Positions 49,391 to 56,147 of a stretch of DNA of 56,147 nucleotides are shown here, in pieces. The DNA comes from Bacteroidota bacterium. Its GTDB lineage: Bacteria > Bacteroidota > Bacteroidia > Flavobacteriales > Flavobacteriaceae. The stretch covers positions 1 through 56,147 of the forward strand of contig CATIMP010000007.1 in the NCBI GenBank assembly GCA_949528465.1, written 5' to 3'. Both the position numbers and the translations under genes were made by a program. How positions within the stretch are numbered: the first letter of the stretch is position 1; the number at the start of each line of letters is the position of its first letter. A model generated the notes under the pieces. The model did no database searches and was not told where the DNA came from. It was given only the letters and a program-made list of their open reading frames with translations.

Positions 49391-51025
49391 ATGACCACAA
49401 AATATGTTGTCCTGTTTACTTTATTGGCTTTAATGGGCTGTAACACGCCAATTCAACCTTCAAAACCTAAACTTGTTGTGGGTATTGTAGTGGATCAAAT
49501 GCGAATAGACTACCTCACACGATTTGAAAACCACTATGGGAATGAGGGATTTAAACGATTTTACAATCAGGGATTTGTAGCCAAAAACCATCACTTTGAC
49601 TATGCACAGACTAAAACGGGCCCTGGTCACGCAAGTATTTCATCTGGTACACCTCCCGCAATTCATGGAATTATTGCTAACGATTGGTTTGACAAAACAA
49701 CAGGCGAAGCGCAATATTGTGTAGGTGATGTATCGTATCAAAGTGTCGGAACAACAACCAGCGAGGGCAAAAAAGCACCAACCCAGCTTTTGGTGTCTAC
49801 GTTTTCAGATGAAAACAGGTTGGCAACACAATCTCGTGGAAAGGCCATAGGTATTTCGATCAAAGACAGAGGTGCTATTCTTTCTATTGGACATGCGGCA
49901 AATGGTGCTTATTGGTTTTCTGGGAAAGATGAGGGTAAATTTGTCAGCAGCACTTTTTATATGGATGCGCTTCCGCAATGGGCAGAAGATTTTAATACGA
50001 GTAGAAAAATCGACAACTATTTAACCACTTGGGATACCTATTATCCCATAGAATCATATATCGAAACAGGTCCAGATAATACCCCATACGAGCGCATAGC
50101 ACCAGGGAAAAAAACACCGACATTTCCCTATGATTTGGCGGCAGTTGCTGCAAAAGCAGGATACGATGTACTTAAAACCACACCATTTGGCAATAGTTTA
50201 ACCACAGATTTTGCCTTAGCGGCCTTACAAGGCGAAGCTCTTGGAACAGATGATGATGCAGATGTTTTGATGGTTAGTTACTCTTCTACCGACTATGTTG
50301 GGCATGCTTTTGGCGTAAATTCGAAAGAGGTGCAAGACACCTATGTCCGGTTAGATTTGGACTTGGCACGTTTGTTTGCAGCGCTTGATAAGCAAGTTGG
50401 TAAAGGGAATTACACCGCTTTTTTAACTTCAGATCACGGTGTGGCACACGTTCCACTTTATTTGATGGATCATAATATTCCTGCAGGCTACTTTATGAAA
50501 AAGGATTTTGTAGCGAAATTGAAAAAACACACTGCAGACTATTTTGGCTCGGAAAAGTTGATTCGAAATATATCGAACAATGAAGTTTATTTGAACTATG
50601 CGGAAATAGCAGCCAAGCGCTTAGATATAACTCAAATCAAATCAGTTATAGCTTCGTTTGCAACATCTTGTGAGGGCATCGCTGTAGCTTATGATACAAG
50701 CGAGCTAATGAAAATGAATAAAAGCAATGCAATTATCGAACGTTTGCAGCGTGGTTTTCATCCAAAACGCTCGGGTGATGTTGTGTTTGTTTTAGAACCA
50801 GGATTTATGGATAATGGGAAATATGGTAAAAAAGGGACTACCCACGGCTCAGCATATATTTATGACACACACGTTCCACTTATGTTATTTGGGGAAGGCG
50901 TAAAAAAAGGACAAACTTTTGAGCGCACAAATATCACAGATATTGCACCTACAATTTGTGCTATTTTGGGCGTTAGCAACCCCACGGGAACAATTGGAAA
51001 TCCAATTAAAGAAGCCTTAAAATAA
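49391..51025 (+). CDS. Alkaline phosphatase / nucleotide pyrophosphatase superfamily lipoprotein (PafA-like)
   Basis: Lipobox LMGC, VVDQMR, GHASISSGT, SYSSTDYVGH and TSDHG metal-site motifs. Confidence 0.85.
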   Translation: MTTKYVVLFTLLALMGCNTPIQPSKPKLVVGIVVDQMRIDYLTRFENHYGNEGFKRFYNQGFVAKNHHFDYAQTKTGPGHASISSGTPPAIHGIIANDWFDKTTGEAQYCVGDVSYQSVGTTTSEGKKAPTQLLVSTFSDENRLATQSRGKAIGISIKDRGAILSIGHAANGAYWFSGKDEGKFVSSTFYMDALPQWAEDFNTSRKIDNYLTTWDTYYPIESYIETGPDNTPYERIAPGKKTPTFPYDLAAVAAKAGYDVLKTTPFGNSLTTDFALAALQGEALGTDDDADVLMVSYSSTDYVGHAFGVNSKEVQDTYVRLDLDLARLFAALDKQVGKGNYTAFLTSDHGVAHVPLYLMDHNIPAGYFMKKDFVAKLKKHTADYFGSEKLIRNISNNEVYLNYAEIAAKRLDITQIKSVIASFATSCEGIAVAYDTSELMKMNKSNAIIERLQRGFHPKRSGDVVFVLEPGFMDNGKYGKKGTTHGSAYIYDTHVPLMLFGEGVKKGQTFERTNITDIAPTICAILGVSNPTGTIGNPIKEALK

Positions 51026-51027
51026 GC

Positions 51028-52086
51028 TTAAAACTTGTAGGAAAACGCATTGATGTTCATGCCTGCACCTACGCTGGCAAATAGCGCAACATCTCCTTCT
51101 TGAACCGTATGATTTTCCATTTGGTTGTGTTTTACCAAATCTAAAAGTGTGGGCACAGTAGCCACAGAACTATTTCCTAATTTGTGAATACTTATTGGTA
51201 ATATGTTTTCAGGTTGTGGGTGTCGATAAAGTCTATAAAACCGCTTTACAATGGCCTCGTCCATTTTTTCATTGGCTTGATGTAAGAACACTTTGGACAA
51301 TCCGTCAATTTCTTCACCGCTTTTATCCAAACATTCTTTTAAGGCTTGTGGCACATGGCTTATAGCAAATTCATATACTTTACGACCGTGCATTTTAATG
51401 TATTTATCGGTTGGTTCAGCATCTGCTTCATATGATTTTGCAGAATAAATATAAAAAGCTTCTCCGTTGCTGAAGGATTGCGTGCAATGACTTAAAATCC
51501 CACCTTCTCTGTCTGTTTCTTCAATTATAGTTGCACCTGCACCATCAGCAAAAATCATGGAATCCCTGTCGCTTGTATCAACAATTCTTGACAGTGTATC
51601 TGCACCAATAACCAGACATTTTTTTGCCATTCCAGCTTTGATAAATGCTTGTGCTTGAATCACACCTTCCACCCAACCTGGACAACCAAAAATAACATCA
51701 TACGCTACGCAATTGGGGTTTTTAATCTGTAATTGATGTTTTACACGCGTGGCTAGCGAGGGCAACATTTCGGTTTGAATGCACCCATGTTGAATATCAC
51801 CAAAATTATGCGCCACAATGATGTAATCCAGCGTTTCGGGATCTAATGCAGCATCTTCAATTGCTCTTTCGGCAGCCAAAAAAGCAAGGTCTGAGGCCGA
51901 TTGATCCGGTTTTGCATATCGACGTTCTTCAATACCTGTAATAGCTTTAAACTTTTCAATAATGTCACCATTTTCATTTTTGAATGGACTGCCGTCAGTA
52001 TCCAAGAATGAATGGTTAATGAAGTCTGCATTTCGTTCGATGTGAGTAGGAATGTAGCTCCCGACGCCAGTGATGTGAATTCCCAT
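51028..52086 (-). CDS. KAS III (FabH-like) family 3-oxoacyl-ACP synthase, second paralog
   Basis: 352 aa. Cys-His-Asn contexts FGCPGW, FLHQANEKM and GNSSVATVP. Confidence 0.85.
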   Translation of the reverse strand: MGIHITGVGSYIPTHIERNADFINHSFLDTDGSPFKNENGDIIEKFKAITGIEERRYAKPDQSASDLAFLAAERAIEDAALDPETLDYIIVAHNFGDIQHGCIQTEMLPSLATRVKHQLQIKNPNCVAYDVIFGCPGWVEGVIQAQAFIKAGMAKKCLVIGADTLSRIVDTSDRDSMIFADGAGATIIEETDREGGILSHCTQSFSNGEAFYIYSAKSYEADAEPTDKYIKMHGRKVYEFAISHVPQALKECLDKSGEEIDGLSKVFLHQANEKMDEAIVKRFYRLYRHPQPENILPISIHKLGNSSVATVPTLLDLVKHNQMENHTVQEGDVALFASVGAGMNINAFSYKF

Positions 52087-52126
52087 TGGGTTTTGTTAGG
52101 TTGATAAATAGTTTTAAACTATCGCT

Positions 52127-52134
52127 CAAATATA
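52127..52134 (-). promoter_or_regulatory. -7 box TATATTTG (minus strand) upstream of the KAS III paralog
   Basis: Plus-strand caaatata is the reverse complement of TATATTTG. It lies 40 nt before the ATG. Confidence 0.45.
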
Positions 52135-52156
52135 AAAATAATTTTTAGCTGTTCCC

Positions 52157-55027
52157 TTATTGGTTATTCGTCTGCGCTACTTGTGTATTGGAATACGACT
52201 CAATGGGTGCACACGTACAGACCAAATTTCGATCACCATAAGCCTCGTCAACGCGCTGGACGCTAGCCCAAAACTTGTTTTCACGCACATATTGTAATGG
52301 ATATGCGGCTTCATCTCTAGTATACGGGAGTTCCCATTCGTGTGCTGTAAGTTGAGCTAAGGTATGCGGAGCATTACGGAGCATATTGTTTTCCTGCTTT
52401 GCATCACTTGCTTCAATTTCATAGCGAATGGAAATAAGTGCCTCACAAAAACGATCTAGCTCTTCTTTGTTTTCACTTTCTGTCGGCTCAATCATCATCG
52501 TTCCTGCTACGGGAAACGAAACAGTGGGCGCATGAAATCCGTAGTCAATAAGACGTTTAGCAATATCCATTGCTTCAATACCTTTTTCTTTAAAGGCACG
52601 ACAATCAATGATAAATTCATGTGCTGCTCTGTTGTTATCTCCACTGTATAAAACAGGGTAGTGCTTCGCAATACGTTCTTTGATGTAGTTTGCGTTTAGA
52701 ATGGCAATTTCGGTTGATTTTGTGAGTCCATCTGCTCCAAGTAATCGGATGTAAGCATACGAAATTAAACACGCTAACGCAGAACCAAAAGGGGCTGCAG
52801 AAAGTGCTGAAATACCTTGATTGCCACTCGTCGGAACAATAGCATGCGTGGGTAAAAACGGAACAAGATGTTCGGCAACACAGATGGGCCCTACGCCGGG
52901 GCCGCCACCACCATGCGGAATAGCAAAGGTTTTGTGGAGGTTTAAATGACAAACATCTGCGCCGATAGCTGCTGGGTTTGTAAGCCCAACTTGTGCATTC
53001 ATGTTTGCTCCGTCCATATAAATTTGACCGCCTTTACTGTGTATATAATCTGTAATTTCTTTAATCCCCGATTCAAAAACGCCATGCGTAGATGGGTACG
53101 TAATCATTAATGCTGCCAAGTTTTCGGCGTGCGTATTGGCTTTCTCTTTTAAGTCTGAAAGGTCAATATTGCCGCGTTCATCAGTACCTACTACAACTAC
53201 TTGCATACCAGCCATGACCGCAGATGCAGGATTCGTTCCATGTGCCGATGCTGGAATGAGGCAAATGTTTCTATTTGTATTGTTGTTTGCCTGATGATAC
53301 GCTCGAATCACCATAAGTCCAGCAAATTCCCCTTGTGCGCCAGAGTTGGGTTGCAATGATGTGCCTCCAAATCCTGTGATTTCGGTAAGATAATCGGCAA
53401 GGTCATGTAGCATCCGCGTATAGCCTCCCACTTGATTTAAAGGAGCAAACGGGTGAATATTATTCCATTGTGGATCGCTTAGCGCAAACATTTCCGTTGC
53501 TGCATTGAGTTTCATGGTACACGAACCCAAAGCAATCATGGAATGATTTAACGCCAAATCTTTTCGCTCCAATGATTTGATATAACGCATCATACTGGTT
53601 TCTGCATGGTAGCGATGGAATACGTTGTGGGTTAAAAAAGGTGTGGTACGTTTATGAGAATCTGGAAAACAACTTCCAATTATCTCAACTGCTTTAACTG
53701 GCGTTGCTTTATTGGCTTGAGTGAAAATTTGAATTAAGGTTTCAATTTGATGCGCTTCTGTTGCCTCATTTATAGAAAGCGTTAACTCATTTTCGTTGAT
53801 ATATCGGAGATTTACACCCGCCTTTTCTGCCAATGGCCGAATATTTTTTTCGGGCGCTTCAATCCAAAGCGTATCAAAGAATGCCTTGTTTTTTTGTTTG
53901 ATACCTAAATCGTTTAATGCGGTGTTTAGCTTACAGGTGTTCTGGTGTATTTTAGACGCAATATCTTTCAATCCCTTTGGGCCATGATACACGGCATACA
54001 TACCCGCCATAACAGCTAACAATACTTGTGCGGTACAAATATTAGACGTAGCTCTGTCTCTTTTGATATGTTGCTCGCGGGTTTGTAAGGCCATTCGCAA
54101 CGCACGATTTCCAACGCTGTCTTGAGTTACGCCAATAATTCTGCCGGGAACGCTTCTCTTGTAGTCGGATTTAGTGGCAAAATAAGCGGCGTGAGGACCT
54201 CCGTATCCAAGAGGAATTCCAAATCGTTGTGTGCTTCCTACAACAACATCAGCGCCAAGCGTCCCGGGAGCTTCTAAAAGCACCAAGCTCATGATATCAG
54301 CCGCAACAGCTGTTTTTATTTCGGCTTCTTTTGCTACCTCAATAAAGGTTTTTAAATCTGGAATGGCACCATTTGCTCCTGGGTATTGAATCAATGCACC
54401 AAAATACTCGTTTGTTGGAATGAAATTTTCAGGGGCTCCGTAGATTAATGTAATCCCAATAGGGTTTGCACGGGTTTCCAGTACAGATTTGGTTTGCGGC
54501 AAGGTATTTTCATCTACAAAAAACAATGAGGCGTTAGTCTTTTTTTGCGGTCGAGTGCGTTGACCAAATAACAAACTCATGGCCTCGGCAGCTGCGGTAG
54601 ATTCATCAAGAAGCGATGCATTTGCCAATTCCATTGCTGTTAAATCGGTTACCATGGTTTGGAAATTCAGCAATGCTTCCATTCTACCTTGTGCAATTTC
54701 AGCTTGATAAGGCGTGTAAGCAGTATACCAGCCTGGATTTTCTAAAATATTTCGTTGAATTACTCCAGGCAAAATGGCCTCGTGGTAACCTAACCCAATT
54801 AACGAGGAAAAGACACTGTTTTGTTTTCCTAATGCAGAAATATGCTTTGAAAATGCGTGTTCACTTATGGCAGCAGGAAGCGAAATAGGTTTTTTTAAAC
54901 GTATTGAATCAGGAACAGTTTGCGCAACTAACGCATCAACAGATGTAGCATTAATCTCAGCGAGCATTAAAGCAATTTCATCTTCGTTTGGACCAACATG
55001 TCTAAAAACAAAACCTTGCGTATTCAT
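52157..55027 (-). CDS. gcvP: Glycine dehydrogenase (decarboxylating), single-chain P protein
   Basis: 956 aa. Full-length fused P-protein with the PLP-lysine context NLHKTF. Confidence 0.97.
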   Translation of the reverse strand: MNTQGFVFRHVGPNEDEIALMLAEINATSVDALVAQTVPDSIRLKKPISLPAAISEHAFSKHISALGKQNSVFSSLIGLGYHEAILPGVIQRNILENPGWYTAYTPYQAEIAQGRMEALLNFQTMVTDLTAMELANASLLDESTAAAEAMSLLFGQRTRPQKKTNASLFFVDENTLPQTKSVLETRANPIGITLIYGAPENFIPTNEYFGALIQYPGANGAIPDLKTFIEVAKEAEIKTAVAADIMSLVLLEAPGTLGADVVVGSTQRFGIPLGYGGPHAAYFATKSDYKRSVPGRIIGVTQDSVGNRALRMALQTREQHIKRDRATSNICTAQVLLAVMAGMYAVYHGPKGLKDIASKIHQNTCKLNTALNDLGIKQKNKAFFDTLWIEAPEKNIRPLAEKAGVNLRYINENELTLSINEATEAHQIETLIQIFTQANKATPVKAVEIIGSCFPDSHKRTTPFLTHNVFHRYHAETSMMRYIKSLERKDLALNHSMIALGSCTMKLNAATEMFALSDPQWNNIHPFAPLNQVGGYTRMLHDLADYLTEITGFGGTSLQPNSGAQGEFAGLMVIRAYHQANNNTNRNICLIPASAHGTNPASAVMAGMQVVVVGTDERGNIDLSDLKEKANTHAENLAALMITYPSTHGVFESGIKEITDYIHSKGGQIYMDGANMNAQVGLTNPAAIGADVCHLNLHKTFAIPHGGGGPGVGPICVAEHLVPFLPTHAIVPTSGNQGISALSAAPFGSALACLISYAYIRLLGADGLTKSTEIAILNANYIKERIAKHYPVLYSGDNNRAAHEFIIDCRAFKEKGIEAMDIAKRLIDYGFHAPTVSFPVAGTMMIEPTESENKEELDRFCEALISIRYEIEASDAKQENNMLRNAPHTLAQLTAHEWELPYTRDEAAYPLQYVRENKFWASVQRVDEAYGDRNLVCTCAPIESYSNTQVAQTNNQ

Positions 55028-55049
55028 AGTGTTACCATAAAGTTAAATT

Positions 55050-55057
55050 CAAAGTTA
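55050..55057 (-). promoter_or_regulatory. -7 box TAACTTTG (minus strand) upstream of gcvP
   Basis: Plus-strand caaagtta is the reverse complement of TAACTTTG. It lies 22 nt before the ATG. Confidence 0.45.
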
Positions 55058-55106
55058 ATTTTTTGCACAACATCTTAAAATAGAACCTAATCATTTCACG
55101 CTAAAG

Positions 55107-55949
55107 TTGTTAACCACAAAACCGCATGTTATTAACACATTTGGTATTTTTGCCTTTCATATTGGGAAATTGCTTCAACGCTATACGTCATCTAATCTTC
55201 ATGTTGCCCTTGCTCTTTGGGCATTTTGCCGTGTTTTTGCGTTGCAGCAAGGGGCTTCATTTTCCTTTTCGCTACAGTGCGCTGTTTTTGGTTTTGGGTG
55301 GGCGGCGTATCAATACTTACATGTTTATGTACCTGTGTTATACCAGCAGCAATCGTTACGTTTACGTGTGCTATTTCCTTTTTTGCTGGCGCTTTTTATA
55401 GGGTTGTATGGATTGATTTCACAACCCGTTTTTATTTGGATAGTCTTTGGATTTGTAGGCGTATTGACGTTTTGTTACGCACTTCCTTTTGGTGCAAAAA
55501 TGGGTCTGCGCTTTGTGCCAACAGTAAAAATTTTCGTTGTTGCACTTTGTTGGACGGTATTTGCCATGGTAAACCTGACGGCATTGCCGAATAACACATC
55601 TGTATTGGTTTCAATAAAAGCACTGGCTTGGATGATTTGCCTGATCCTCCCTTTTGACCTTCGCGATATGCAAAAAGATGAAAAAGCTTTAAAAACCTTA
55701 CCCCAAATTTTAGGTGTAAATGGCGTGAAACTATTAGGTTTAATGCTAATTAGCTTTACTGCATTTTTAGCGTTCAAAACGGTTACAGTTGATGTATTGC
55801 TTTATGTAGAGTGGGGGATGTTATTGCTTTTAGCGATTGCACTTTATTGCGCATCTCCAAAAAGTTCGCCTTTGTTTACTTCCTTTTGGGTGGAAGGAAT
55901 TCCCATTTTATGGTTTGTGGGGAGTGTCTTTGCGCTTATTTTTGGTTAA
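55107..55949 (+). CDS. Polytopic membrane protein with a UbiA-like second Asp-rich motif. Start codon uncertain.
   Basis: About 8 hydrophobic segments. FDLRDMQKD fits DxxDxxxD. There is no in-frame ATG in the first ~150 codons. Candidate starts are TTG 55107 and TTG 55170, the latter 17 nt after a TATTTTTG box at 55145-55152. Confidence 0.5.
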   Translation: MLTTKPHVINTFGIFAFHIGKLLQRYTSSNLHVALALWAFCRVFALQQGASFSFSLQCAVFGFGWAAYQYLHVYVPVLYQQQSLRLRVLFPFLLALFIGLYGLISQPVFIWIVFGFVGVLTFCYALPFGAKMGLRFVPTVKIFVVALCWTVFAMVNLTALPNNTSVLVSIKALAWMICLILPFDLRDMQKDEKALKTLPQILGVNGVKLLGLMLISFTAFLAFKTVTVDVLLYVEWGMLLLLAIALYCASPKSSPLFTSFWVEGIPILWFVGSVFALIFG

Positions 55950-56147
55950 GCTCTTTTGCACTTTGATGTACTTTTTCACCCATCGCAGCCTTGTAGCCAA
56001 GCATGGCTTCTCTAAGGGCAGGGTTTTTTACTCCTAGAATCTGACACGCAAGGAGTGCCGCATTTTTGGCACCGTTTAACGCAACGGTAGCTACAGGAAC
56101 ACCGCCGGGCATTTGTAAAATGGAAAGTATAGAATCCCAACCGTCGA
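55936..56147 (-). CDS. purE: 3' end of N5-carboxyaminoimidazole ribonucleotide mutase (partial, start lies outside the window)
   Basis: My reverse-strand translation is ...[69 protein letters not shown] then TAA at 55938-55936. This is a classic PurE C-terminal region. It is absent from the ORF track. Confidence 0.85.
   Translation of the reverse strand, partial: DGWDSILSILQMPGGVPVATVALNGAKNAALLACQILGVKNPALREAMLGYKAAMGEKVHQSAKELNQK

Noticed and set aside
55028-55106. Possible glycine riboswitch upstream of gcvP
   Set aside because: The spacer is only 79 nt, with a -7 box 22 nt from the ATG. That is too short for a glycine riboswitch aptamer, and I saw no matching conserved elements.
55126-55594. 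Alternative-frame ORFs (55126-55401, 55217-55594) as evidence that the membrane-protein gene is a frameshifted pseudogene
   Set aside because: Neither alternative frame carries the missing Asp-rich motif or better membrane-protein character. The 55107 frame is open and hydrophobic over its whole length.

Overview
This 56 kb window looks like dense, mostly housekeeping chromosome from a Flavobacteriia-type member of the Bacteroidota. Four things support that placement. A gldJ-porU-porV type IX secretion (T9SS)/gliding cluster is present. Genes are preceded by TAnnTTTG (-7) promoter boxes rather than Shine-Dalgarno sites. A DUF3467-like ORF follows rpoC. A DUF4295-like mini-ORF follows rpmB-rpmG. 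I call about 50 protein genes: rpoB tail, rpoC, prfC, idi, queD, alkB, htpG, two KAS III paralogs, recR, two 2-oxoacid dehydrogenase E2 genes, pdhA, cinA, rpmB, rpmG, ftsY, rimO, bshC, guaA, pyrG, yidC, mnmA, tatA, murF, mlaEF-like genes, a PafA-like phosphatase, gcvP, a purE tail and others. There is one tRNA-Val(GAC) and four clear intrinsic terminators. I found no rRNA, CRISPR array, transposase, integrase or phage genes. Intergenic space is very small, and many neighbouring genes overlap by 1 or 4 nt (TAATG or ATGA). I do not see convincing evidence for a novel multi-gene system such as a defence island. Five items seem most worth a second look. (1) An orphan promoter plus orphan terminator defines a transcript of about 135 nt between htpG and fabH, either a candidate sRNA or a fabH leader. 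(2) A TAnnTTTG-N3/4-start-codon layout recurs and implies several leaderless mRNAs. (3) Two small uncharacterised ORFs are welded to the rpoC and rpmB-rpmG operons. (4) pdhA, E2, an SDR, a SprT-like gene and a DUF389 gene form one tightly coupled string. (5) A minimal K+ channel is translationally coupled to alkB. All functional calls rest on my recognition of motifs in the translated ORFs. No database search was run.
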